A stretch of 64,000 bases of DNA from Akkermansia sp. (GCA_024405455.1 JAKSOT010000002.1:166-64165), one strand, 5' to 3'; counted from the stretch's first letter, positions 38,637 through 47,748 are shown. Notes: generated by a model not told the origin, from the letters alone. A program made the numbers and translations.

Positions 38637-41277
38637 GGCGGTATCGGTTGGGTCGGAAGATGAGGTACACCAGTCCACCCGCCAGCAGGCATGCGAAGAA
38701 CTGCCCGCTGCGGAACACGCCCAGCTCCGCCCACTTGCCGAGCTGGTTCACCAAGAACGCCACCAGGTACGCCCAGGCGGTCATGAAGCCCACCGCCAGC
38801 ATGGTCCAGCGGGAGCTGTGCATCTCTCGCCGTATCGCGGCGCAGGCCGCCACGCACGGAGCGCACAGCAGGTTGAACAGCATGAACGACAGCGCCGCCG
38901 CCCGCGTGCCGAACAATCCCGCGCTTCTGATGGCGCGGGCGATGCCGTTGGCCTCTTGCCCTTTGTTGTTGTCCGTATGTGCAGCCTGCTGGGCGGGAAC
39001 ATCCATGTGCGGGTGTTCATGGAGCCACCAGTGCCAGAGGGCGATGGTGGGCGCGGTGAAGGCGTTGAGGCGCGGCAGGTCGCCGGTGCGGGGCAGGGCG
39101 GTCGTCTCATCGTCCTTGGCGGAGCCGTAGAGCACGCCCAGGGTGCCCACCACGTTTTCCTTGGCAATGATGCCGCTGATGGTGGCGACGGTTGGCCGCC
39201 AATCGCCCCAGCCGAGGGGCGCGAAGACGGGGGCGATGTTGCGCCCGGCGTCCGCCAGCATGCTCTGCTCCACGGCGGGCTTGTTGTGCGCGGTGTCCAG
39301 GAATCGCATGTCCCAGCTGTAGTTGCTGGCGAACCAGATGAACGCGGAGGCGAGGAAGATGATGGTACCGGCCTTCTTGACGAAGGCGCGGCAGCGCTCC
39401 ATGGCGCGGGTGTTGATGCTGTCGCCGCTTGGGCGGTGGTAGGGCGGCAGCTCCATCACGAACGGCGTGTAGCCCCCCGCGAACATGTGCGATTTCCGCA
39501 GGATGAGCCCGCCCAGTATCACGGAGCCGATGCCCGCGAAGTACGCCAGCGTGGCGATGGTGGCATCCTGCCCCAGCACCGCGCCGAAGAGCGTGATGAG
39601 CGGCAGCTTGGCGCTGCACGGGATGAACGTGGTGAGCATCACCGTCATGCGCCGGTCCTTGTCGTTCTCGATGGTGCGGGACGCCATGATGCCCGGCACC
39701 CCGCAGCCCATGGCCACCATCAGCGGGATGAACGACTTGCCGGAAAGCCCGATGGTGCGGAACACGCGGTCCATCATGAACGCCACGCGCGCCATGTACC
39801 CGCAGTCCTCCAGCAGCGCCAGCAGCAGGAACAGCACCGCCATTTGCGGCAGGAAGCCCAGCACCGCCCCCACGCCCGCCACGATGCCGTCCGTCACCAC
39901 CGCCACAAGCTGCGGGCTGCAGTCCATCTGCAGCCGTCCCAGCAGGCCGATGCCGAAGGCCAGCGCGCCCATGGTGGCGAGCCGGAAGATGTAGTCGCGC
40001 CGGTTGGCGCGCCCGTTGAGGCGCATGCCGTGCGGGTTGATGCCGCGGGGCACCGCGCCGTAGCGGTTGGCGTGCGCATCCCCGCGCCACAGCAGGCAGT
40101 ACAGCATGAGAGCCGCGTTCACGGCGTACAGCACCCACATAATGCCCGCGTGCAGCGCTTCCGGCAGGTGCGGGCACATGTACTCCAGCAGGAACGGCGC
40201 CACCGCCAGATACAGCCAGGAGCCCCCGCGCCCCAAATCGTGCAGGCGGCGCAGCGTGGCGGGGAACACCAGGCACATGGCCAGGATGCAGCTGAACATC
40301 ACCATGCTCTCCAGCTGCATGGGCGCATTGCCGATGAACCCGCGCAGCCAGCCCAGCACCACCGGGCCGAACACCACGTCGCTCGCCCAGTCCGTGCCCC
40401 ACTTGCCCACGGTGTTGATGGAAAGGTAGTAGATGCACCACATCACCAGCGCAAAGATGGCGATGCCGAAGACGCGGTGCGTGGCCACGCGGTCGATCTG
40501 CGCGCTGAACGCGCTCGGCTCGCCCGTGCGCTCCACCGCCTGAGGGATGATGTCCATGATGGCGTCGTACCGCCCGCCCGCGATGATGGACGCGATGTCG
40601 TCCCCCAGCTCGCGCTCCACGTCCTCGCGCAGGTGGTCCAGCAGGTGGCAGATGTGGTGGCTGTGCTCCGGGATGAGCCCCAGGTCGTTCTCCAGCAGCT
40701 TCACCGCCTCCCAGCGCGTGCACGCGTGCTCCGCAATGACGCTCTCCAGCGCGCGCTCCACAGCGGGCGGGAAGGGCAGGGGATTGCCCGGTTTCACCAC
40801 CGCGTCGCCCGCTATCAGCTCCCGCAGCTCGCGCAGTCCCTTGCGGTGCAGCGCGCTCACCTCCAGCACCGGGCAGCCCAGCGCCTCCGCCAGCGCCTCC
40901 GGCCTGATGCGCAGACGCCGCCGCTCCAGCAAATCCGTCATGTTGAGCGCCACCACCATGGGCAGCCCCGTCTCCAGCAGCTGGCTGGTGAGGTACAGGT
41001 TGCGCTCCAGGTTGGTGGCGTCCACCACGTTCACCACCAAATCCGGCTTCTCATCCAGCAGGTAGCGCCGCGCCACCACCTCCTCCGGCGTGTACGGCGA
41101 AAGCGAGTAGATGCCCGGCAGGTCCACCACCTCCACGTCCGCGTGGTCCCGCAGGTGCCCGGCCTTGCGCTCCACCGTCACCCCCGGCCAGTTGCCCACG
41201 TACTGGTTCGCGCCCGTCAGCTCGTTGAAGAGGGATGTCTTCCCGCTGTTCGGGTTGCCTGCCAGCGCCACCCTCAT
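38629..41277 (-). CDS. feoB: Ferrous iron transporter FeoB (882 aa) with two insertions
   Basis: GNPNSGKTSLFN, NWPGVTVE, DLPGIYSL, DATNLERNLYL, LNMTD, LEDCGYMAR, GCGVPGIMASR, FIPCSAKLP, PCVAACAAI. Confidence 0.96.
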   Translation of the reverse strand: MRVALAGNPNSGKTSLFNELTGANQYVGNWPGVTVERKAGHLRDHADVEVVDLPGIYSLSPYTPEEVVARRYLLDEKPDLVVNVVDATNLERNLYLTSQLLETGLPMVVALNMTDLLERRRLRIRPEALAEALGCPVLEVSALHRKGLRELRELIAGDAVVKPGNPLPFPPAVERALESVIAEHACTRWEAVKLLENDLGLIPEHSHHICHLLDHLREDVERELGDDIASIIAGGRYDAIMDIIPQAVERTGEPSAFSAQIDRVATHRVFGIAIFALVMWCIYYLSINTVGKWGTDWASDVVFGPVVLGWLRGFIGNAPMQLESMVMFSCILAMCLVFPATLRRLHDLGRGGSWLYLAVAPFLLEYMCPHLPEALHAGIMWVLYAVNAALMLYCLLWRGDAHANRYGAVPRGINPHGMRLNGRANRRDYIFRLATMGALAFGIGLLGRLQMDCSPQLVAVVTDGIVAGVGAVLGFLPQMAVLFLLLALLEDCGYMARVAFMMDRVFRTIGLSGKSFIPLMVAMGCGVPGIMASRTIENDKDRRMTVMLTTFIPCSAKLPLITLFGAVLGQDATIATLAYFAGIGSVILGGLILRKSHMFAGGYTPFVMELPPYHRPSGDSINTRAMERCRAFVKKAGTIIFLASAFIWFASNYSWDMRFLDTAHNKPAVEQSMLADAGRNIAPVFAPLGWGDWRPTVATISGIIAKENVVGTLGVLYGSAKDDETTALPRTGDLPRLNAFTAPTIALWHWWLHEHPHMDVPAQQAAHTDNNKGQEANGIARAIRSAGLFGTRAAALSFMLFNLLCAPCVAACAAIRREMHSSRWTMLAVGFMTAWAYLVAFLVNQLGKWAELGVFRSGQFFACLLAGGLVYLIFRPNRYRHE

Positions 41278-41513
41278 GACACTTCGATGCATGCCGCCTC
41301 CGCCTTGCGCAGCGAGAGCATGTAGCCCCGCACGCATATCTCCAGCGGGTCGCCCAGCGGCGCCATCCGCTTCACCTCAACCTCCGCTCCGCGCGTCAGT
41401 CCCATGTCCAGTATCCTCTGCCGCAGCGGCCCCGTTCCGTTCACGTGCACCACGCGCACGGGCCTCCCCACCTTCGTCTGGTTCAACGTCCTTCCTGTCG
41501 CTCTCTCTGCCAT
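41274..41513 (-). CDS. feoA: Ferrous iron transport protein A
   Basis: LRQRILDMGLTRGAEVEVKRMAPLGDPLEICVRGYMLSLRK; ATGA overlap with feoB. Confidence 0.95.
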   Translation of the reverse strand: MAERATGRTLNQTKVGRPVRVVHVNGTGPLRQRILDMGLTRGAEVEVKRMAPLGDPLEICVRGYMLSLRKAEAACIEVS

Positions 41514-41533
41514 GGCTTGTCTTGTTTGCAACG

Positions 41534-41596
41534 AATGTTAGCCCAGACTAACATTTCGGTCAAGCACAAAAGTTAGTCATGTCTAACTTTTGTGCT
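41534..41596 (-). promoter_or_regulatory. feo promoter with two palindromic operators (GTTAG-N6-CTAAC)
   Basis: aatgttag-cccaga-ctaacatt (41534-55) and agcacaaaagttag-tcatgt-ctaacttttgtgct (41563-96); minus-strand TTGACC-N17-TAACAT overlaps the first palindrome. Confidence 0.8.
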
Positions 41597-41653
41597 GCGC
41601 CGCGCTCCACGAAATGCCTTGCATCGCAGCGGGGGTGTGGTAGAGTAGGAAGC

Positions 41654-43123
41654 ATGGTAACCAAGACGATTTCCGCATTGTGCATGATGGGGCTCAGCCT
41701 GGGCGCGTTCGCCGGGCAGCCGGGGGAGAAGGCGCCCGCCGCGGCGGAGCAGCCGCAGGCCAAGGTGGTGCTTCCGTGGGAGGAGACGGACGCGCAGCGC
41801 GACGCCCGCATGCAGTGGTGGCGCGACGCCAAGTTCGGCATGTTCATCCACTACGGCCTGTACTCCGGGCTGGGCGGCTTCTTCAAGGGGCAGTTCGGCG
41901 GCGGCGAGTGGATTCAGCGCAACCTGCGGCTGGATACCGACACCTACGCGGCGGAGGCCCTGCCGAAGTTCAAGCCGGCTCCCGGCTGCACTGAGGCCTG
42001 GGCGGAGCTGGCCGCCTACGCCGGATGCAAGTACGCCGTGCTCACCACCAAGCACCATGAGGGTTTCGGCCTGTTCGACACCGACTCCACCGACTACTGC
42101 GCCGGCAAGGCCGTGGGGCGCGACATCGTGCGCGAGTACGTCGATTCCTTCCGCAAGCGCGGCATCAAGATCGGCTTCTACCACAGCGTCATCGACTGGC
42201 ACCATCCGTCCTACGACAACACCATCTGCCCGGACCTCTGCTACCCGGAGGACCAGGAGGCCATGCTCAAGCAGAAGGGCATCCCGCGCGACCAGGAGGC
42301 CTACCTGAAATACCTGCACGGCCAGGTGCGCGAGCTGCTCACCAAGTACGGCGACATCAGCGTGCTGTGGTGGGACTACTCCCAGGGCGCCGCGGAGGGC
42401 GACCGCGCCTGGAAGGCCACCGAGCTCATGACCATGGCGCACACCCTGCAGCCCGGCATCATCATGAACAACCGCCTCTACAACCTCTCCGGGTTCGATG
42501 CCTCTCGCGACGGTGAAATCCTGCCCCGCCGCCACGGCGACTACACCTCGCCGGAGAAGCGCATCCCCGCCAAGGGCTACCCCGGCACCGACTGGGAGGC
42601 ATGCATGACTGTCGGCGACAGATGGGGCTACTGCCAGGTGGACCTGAACTTCAAGAGCCCGCAGGAAATCATCGCCAAGCTGGAGGAGTGCACCGCCAAG
42701 AACGGCAACCTCCTGCTCAACATCGGCCCCAGGGTGGACGGCTCCATCCCGGAGCCCCTGGTGAACGTGTTCCGCTGCGTGGGAGACTGGATGAAGGTGA
42801 ACTCACAGGCCATCTACGGCACCCGAGGCGTGCTGGACATCGATCTGCCGGAGGGCGTGGGCGCCAGCATCGCGGGTGAGGAGATGTACGTCTTCCTGCC
42901 CGCCGGAGTGCAGCAGGACTACGTGCTGCGCATCCCCGCGCCCCAGCTGGACAACGTGGCCCCCTCCATCCTCGGCCAGCCCGATGTGAAAGTGGGCATG
43001 CGCCGCGTGGAGGAACCCGGCGAGGACGAGCCGCGCGCGTTCATGGAATTCACCGTGCCCGCCGCCGCCTGGAAGAACGCCGTGCAGGGTCTGCCCGTGC
43101 TCAACCTCACCCACAACCCCTGA
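41654..43123 (+). CDS. Alpha-L-fucosidase (GH29), secreted
   Basis: Signal peptide; WWRDAKFGMFIHYG, LTTKHHEGF, GFYHS..DW, VLWWD (nucleophile), NGNLLLNIGP. Confidence 0.93.
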   Translation: MVTKTISALCMMGLSLGAFAGQPGEKAPAAAEQPQAKVVLPWEETDAQRDARMQWWRDAKFGMFIHYGLYSGLGGFFKGQFGGGEWIQRNLRLDTDTYAAEALPKFKPAPGCTEAWAELAAYAGCKYAVLTTKHHEGFGLFDTDSTDYCAGKAVGRDIVREYVDSFRKRGIKIGFYHSVIDWHHPSYDNTICPDLCYPEDQEAMLKQKGIPRDQEAYLKYLHGQVRELLTKYGDISVLWWDYSQGAAEGDRAWKATELMTMAHTLQPGIIMNNRLYNLSGFDASRDGEILPRRHGDYTSPEKRIPAKGYPGTDWEACMTVGDRWGYCQVDLNFKSPQEIIAKLEECTAKNGNLLLNIGPRVDGSIPEPLVNVFRCVGDWMKVNSQAIYGTRGVLDIDLPEGVGASIAGEEMYVFLPAGVQQDYVLRIPAPQLDNVAPSILGQPDVKVGMRRVEEPGEDEPRAFMEFTVPAAAWKNAVQGLPVLNLTHNP

Positions 43124-43126
43124 TTC

Positions 43127-43837
43127 ATGGAAGAGGCGCAGACCTACAACCTGCCGAGGGTCATCGGGGAGCAGTACATCCTCTCCTCCATCGTGCAGGA
43201 GACCCCCACCACCGTCACCTACGCCGCCACCCAAAAGGACATGCGGCGAGAGGTGCTGGTGGAGGGACTGCGCCCCGCCGCCGCGCAGGACCGCCGCAAG
43301 GCACAGTTCTTCATTGAGAGCGCACGCGCCAAGGCACAGGTCAGGAACATCCACATCGCCGCGCCGCTGGAGCTCCTGCAGGACGAGGACACCTGGTACC
43401 TCGCCAACGAGCGCATCAAGGGCGAGCCCCTGGACATGATGATTTCCAACGGCCGCCTCCTGCCCGCATCCGTCGTCTGCGGCCTCCTCAAACAGCTCTG
43501 CCGCGTCTGCTTCTACATGGACGTGGAGCGCATCGCCACGCTCCCCTTCACCCTGGAGCACACCTACAAAATGGACATGGGCTTCAGCTTCGACAACATG
43601 GCCGTGGCGGGTCCCCGCAAGCACGGTGAGAGCCGCAGCTACATGAAGGGCGCCGCCGTCCTCATCACACCCCTCCTGGACACCACGTCCACCCTCTCCG
43701 GCCCCGTGGAGATGGTCCTCGCACGCCTCCGCTCCGGCAGCGACTGGGAACCCCTCAGCCCCATCGTCTTCGACGAGGAGCTCACCCGCCTCCAAATGGA
43801 CATCATGCACGCCAACGCCAAAGAGGCCCAGGCGTGA
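43127..43837 (+). CDS. Ser/Thr-kinase-like fold protein lacking catalytic motifs (pseudokinase)
   Basis: IGEQYILSSIV...VTYAATQKDMRREV...FIESARAKAQV...YLANERIKGEPL follows the Hanks-kinase N-lobe pattern; no VAxK, HRD or DFG. Confidence 0.55.
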   Translation: MEEAQTYNLPRVIGEQYILSSIVQETPTTVTYAATQKDMRREVLVEGLRPAAAQDRRKAQFFIESARAKAQVRNIHIAAPLELLQDEDTWYLANERIKGEPLDMMISNGRLLPASVVCGLLKQLCRVCFYMDVERIATLPFTLEHTYKMDMGFSFDNMAVAGPRKHGESRSYMKGAAVLITPLLDTTSTLSGPVEMVLARLRSGSDWEPLSPIVFDEELTRLQMDIMHANAKEAQA

Positions 43838-43854
43838 ACCCACGATACAAAAAT

Positions 43855-45600
43855 ATGAAATACGCATATATTGCCGCTGTTTTGGCGTGCGCGCTCTCCG
43901 TGGGCGCGTGCAAGGATTCATCCCGGGATGAACAACGCGAGCGGGAGAACGCCCAGGTTCGCGAGGAAATGGAGCGCATGCGCGCCGAGCTGGAAGCCAT
44001 GAAACGCGCCGCGGCGGAGAGCCATGCCCGTGAGGAACAGGCCAGGGCCGAGGAGCGCAGGGCACGCGAGGAGGAGGCCCGCGCGCGCGAGTTGGAGTTG
44101 CAAACGCCCGCCCACGCCCGCACCAACCGCGATACTGGAATGTCCGTGGACGATATCGTCGCCCAGCTTCAAAAGTACGCCTCGGTGGGGGATATCCGCT
44201 ACAACGAGTTCACTCAAAGCTCGTACACGGTGGGCGAGGGCCTCCTGCAGCACTACAACCTGATGAAAGACGGGCTGGAAACCATCACGGACTACCCGTA
44301 CGTTGCGGTTGTCATGAGCCTGGCGTTGCAGAACGGCCCGTCCTCCCTGCCCAAGGAGAGGTATCTCAAGACATTGCTGGCCGCCGGCGCCAGCCCCAAC
44401 GGGTTTTGCGATGGCGAGCCGGCGTTGGTGTATGCAGCAAGAAACGGCCTTGAAGAATGCGTGCGGATACTGCTGGAGGCCGGGGCGGATGTGGACGCGC
44501 AGATGAATTCCTTTTATGATACCGCACTGGGCGAGGCCTGTGCCAGGGGCCATGCCGGTTGCGTGAAACTGCTGCTGGAGGCCGGGGCGGATGTAAACGC
44601 CAAGGCGGATAACGGGCGCACTCCCATGGAACGGGCCACCTTCGGGGAGCACATGGATTGCGTGCGGCTGTTGCAGGCATCAGGCAAGGTGAGCTCCACC
44701 CAATACGGGGCTGCCTTGGAGGAAGCCGCGGACAGCAATGATGCCGCCGCGGTCCGCCAGATTCTGGATGCCGGCGGCGCTGCCGCGGATAGCTGCTCCA
44801 AAGCCTTGTTGAAAGCCTTGGATAAGGGGAGGGACTACTTGAAGCCCGAAATTGTGGAGATGTTGCTGAAATCCGGGGCCGACCCCAATGTGGAGAACTG
44901 GAATGAGGTGCCCGCCTTGTCGCTGGCATGCGAGAAGGGAAGCGAAGCGTGCGTGAAACTCCTGCTGGAGGCGGGCGCGAACGTGAATGGAACCGATAAG
45001 ATGGGCGATACGCCGCTCGCGTACGCCGGCAAGCCCGCCTGCGTGCAGCTCCTGCTGGACGCCGGGGCGGATGTCAACGCCAAGAACAGCGAAGGCACCA
45101 GTGTCCTGGGTAAGGCGGTTTCCAACAACATGAGCGAGGTCGTGGAGCTTATGGCCGGCACAGGCAAGCTCGACCGCACTCTCTGTACCCGGGAGATGGT
45201 CAAGGTGCTGGCGGACCAAAGCCAGGGAAGGTTGGAAGCGGACTGCATCAAGCACCTGCTGGCCGCCGGAGCTAATCCCAACGCCAAGGACTCAGAAGGG
45301 TTTACCGTACTCATGCTGGCATGCGAGGAGGGACGCGACGAGGTGGCGCGGCTCTTGCTGCGCAACGGAGCCAAGGTGAACGCCACCGGTCCCGGCAACA
45401 CCACCGCTCTCATGACGGCCTGCCGGCGCGGGCACGCCGAATGTGTGAAGCTGTTGCTGAAGTCCAAGGCCAATATCAATATCAGGAGCGTGCGCAACAT
45501 GACGGCGGTGGACTACGCGGATGAAAACAACTATCCCGAGTGCGAGGAATTGCTGAAGGCCGCGGGTGCCGTGGAAACAAGCCCGCTGGAGCGTCAGTAG
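43855..45600 (+). CDS. Ankyrin-repeat lipoprotein with an N-terminal coiled coil
   Basis: Lipobox LSVGAC; E/R/A-rich coiled coil; about 10 repeats of the form TPL..A...G...CV+LLLEAGADVNA. Confidence 0.9.
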   Translation: MKYAYIAAVLACALSVGACKDSSRDEQRERENAQVREEMERMRAELEAMKRAAAESHAREEQARAEERRAREEEARARELELQTPAHARTNRDTGMSVDDIVAQLQKYASVGDIRYNEFTQSSYTVGEGLLQHYNLMKDGLETITDYPYVAVVMSLALQNGPSSLPKERYLKTLLAAGASPNGFCDGEPALVYAARNGLEECVRILLEAGADVDAQMNSFYDTALGEACARGHAGCVKLLLEAGADVNAKADNGRTPMERATFGEHMDCVRLLQASGKVSSTQYGAALEEAADSNDAAAVRQILDAGGAAADSCSKALLKALDKGRDYLKPEIVEMLLKSGADPNVENWNEVPALSLACEKGSEACVKLLLEAGANVNGTDKMGDTPLAYAGKPACVQLLLDAGADVNAKNSEGTSVLGKAVSNNMSEVVELMAGTGKLDRTLCTREMVKVLADQSQGRLEADCIKHLLAAGANPNAKDSEGFTVLMLACEEGRDEVARLLLRNGAKVNATGPGNTTALMTACRRGHAECVKLLLKSKANINIRSVRNMTAVDYADENNYPECEELLKAAGAVETSPLERQ

Positions 45601-45654
45601 GACGCGCGCCATATTCTCTTGACCATGATTGGTGCGGGTGGTATGGTGTGTACC

Positions 45655-47067
45655 ATGAACATGAAGCATGCCATTTGCACGCTGGCGCTGGCTGCGGCGC
45701 TCGGTTGCAATTTGCCCGGACTTGCGCAGGACGAGGCTGCGCAGGATCCTGCCGCCGCAGAGGCGAAACCGCTTTCCCTCAAGGCCGACCCCGCCAAGGA
45801 CAAGGAGGCGGGCAAGCAGCTCCGCAAGCTCATCAAGGAACACGCGGAGCAGGGGGATTTCGACGGCTTGAAGGACGAGCTGGCGAACCTGTTGAAAGAG
45901 GCGTTTCCCGGCGCGTACCCGGATGCGAGCCGCCCGTGCTGGAAGGCGGCGGTGAAGGGCCCGCTCGCCAAGCACGCGCTCGCCGTGAACGCCTGCATCG
46001 CGCTCGCGCAGCGCAGCGCCGATGGCTTGGACGAGGAATCCCTGCAAAAGGAGCCGGAGTTCCTGAAGTGGCTCGCCACGGACGGCAAGTCCCCCGCCCG
46101 CGCCTTTGTGGACGGGCTCAACAAGGCCAAGGTGTCGGATGAGGAAGATGCCGTTGCCATGATGGGCGACCTCCGCGGCGCGTACCTGGACCTCGGCAAG
46201 AAGGCCGTCTCTGAAATCAAGAACATCACCAATCCCGCCGGAGGCAGCGTGAGCCGCAAGTTCTACCCCATGGACAGGAAGGAGCTCACCAAGCGCATCA
46301 ACGACCTCCTGGCCGCCAAGCCCTCCCGCGGGGCGGACAAGAACCAGCAGGACGCCGTGAACGTGGCCAACGTGTACCGCCTGCTCTGCGGCGTGCCCGC
46401 CAACATGAGCTATGACGCCTCCTACGCCAAGGATGCGCAGCAGGCCGCGGAAGCATGCCTGAAGGCAGGCACCATCGACCACGGGCTGGGGCATCACACC
46501 GACGAGTGCAACCTGCACATGGGGCCCGCCGGATTGAGCTCCGCCGACAGCGTGCGCGAGTACATCGAGGACCCCGGCCAGAACAACTACGAGGACCGCG
46601 GCCACCGCGCCTGGATCCTCTACCCCAAGTCCGTCAAGACCGGGTTCGGCGTCAAGGGCAGCTTCCACGCCATGCGCACCAGCGACCTCTCAGGCTCGCC
46701 GCTCTCCACTGCGCACAGCTACCCCGGCCGCGGATTCTTCCCCAAGGAGTACCTGCTGGGCGACGGCTGGAGCTACTATCCCGCGCAGGGCCAGTCCGTG
46801 GGCGGCAGCGCCACCGTGCGGATCTGGCGCCTCTCCCGCAGCCCCAAGTCCGCACCCTCCGCCAAGGAGCTCGCCTCCGCCGAGGAAATCAAGGTGAAGA
46901 AGGTCTGCGCCCATCCCGACAACGGCATGTTCCCCGTCGGAAACTCCATCGTCTTCATGCCGGACTACAGCCAGATGCCCTCCAAGAACGGCAAGCCCGT
47001 CGGCGTCTACTGGATCAGCATCGTCTCCGGCGCACTCCATGACGAATACGTCGTCGACCTTTTCTAA
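45655..47067 (+). CDS. Secreted CAP/SCP-domain protein
   Basis: Signal peptide; NVYRLLCGVP, IDHG, YIEDPG, GHRAWILYP CAP-family motifs; promoter TTGACC-N17-TATGGT 7 nt upstream. Confidence 0.72.
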   Translation: MNMKHAICTLALAAALGCNLPGLAQDEAAQDPAAAEAKPLSLKADPAKDKEAGKQLRKLIKEHAEQGDFDGLKDELANLLKEAFPGAYPDASRPCWKAAVKGPLAKHALAVNACIALAQRSADGLDEESLQKEPEFLKWLATDGKSPARAFVDGLNKAKVSDEEDAVAMMGDLRGAYLDLGKKAVSEIKNITNPAGGSVSRKFYPMDRKELTKRINDLLAAKPSRGADKNQQDAVNVANVYRLLCGVPANMSYDASYAKDAQQAAEACLKAGTIDHGLGHHTDECNLHMGPAGLSSADSVREYIEDPGQNNYEDRGHRAWILYPKSVKTGFGVKGSFHAMRTSDLSGSPLSTAHSYPGRGFFPKEYLLGDGWSYYPAQGQSVGGSATVRIWRLSRSPKSAPSAKELASAEEIKVKKVCAHPDNGMFPVGNSIVFMPDYSQMPSKNGKPVGVYWISIVSGALHDEYVVDLF

Positions 47068-47166
47068 TCAATTGGGGTGCCGCCGCACGCGGCGCGAAAC
47101 TTTCGGCATCGCGCCAAATTTATGACTCAGCGTCAACAAGGGGTGATTGGCATGCAAACCGACCCC

Positions 47167-47565
47167 GAATCCACACCCCCATCCGGGGGCGTTCCGTGAA
47201 TTGCCTCGCACGCGGGGACGCCCACGGATTTCATCCGAGGCTATAGATAGACGTTCCTGCGGAACTAGAAATAGGCGCCTGCGGCGCGGCACAAATGATG
47301 TTTCATCTGGCGGAGCGCCAGATGAAACTTGTAATCCACCGCGCCGTATGGCGCGCTGGATTTAACCCCGCCGAAATGGCGGGGTGTTCCCGCAGGGGCG
47401 ATAGCCACGGATGAAATCCGTGGGCAAAGCCGGTTACGGCCGTAAGGCGGATTGGACAAACCGCGAAGCGTGTTTGCCCCAGAGGGGTGAGGTGCCGTGG
47501 GGCGGCAGCGAATCAACCACCCCCGCATACCCACCACGGAACGCCCCCGTATGGGGGGTGGACTC
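47167..47565. mobile_element. Nested inverted-repeat element (MITE/REPIN-like)
   Basis: ~31-bp imperfect terminal IRs (47167-98 / 47535-65), inner 24-bp IRs with 1 mismatch (47221-44 / 47401-24) and central hairpins; non-coding, between convergent genes. Confidence 0.6.
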
Positions 47566-47748
47566 ACGTCAAGGGTTGCAGCTCTCATGCACCTGTTGGC
47601 ACCAATCATTGCATACCAACAAGGCCTTTCTCCAAATTCCTTTGGGGCACATGCAAGCTAAACCCAAATTTCCGATTTTCCCTGACTATAGCCTGCATCC
47701 ATGCAGGTTGGCGGTCTGCTACCAGAGCGCTATGGAACGGCAATGATT

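Noticed and set aside
38464-41325. 953-aa plus-strand ORF
   Set aside because: Antisense to feoB.
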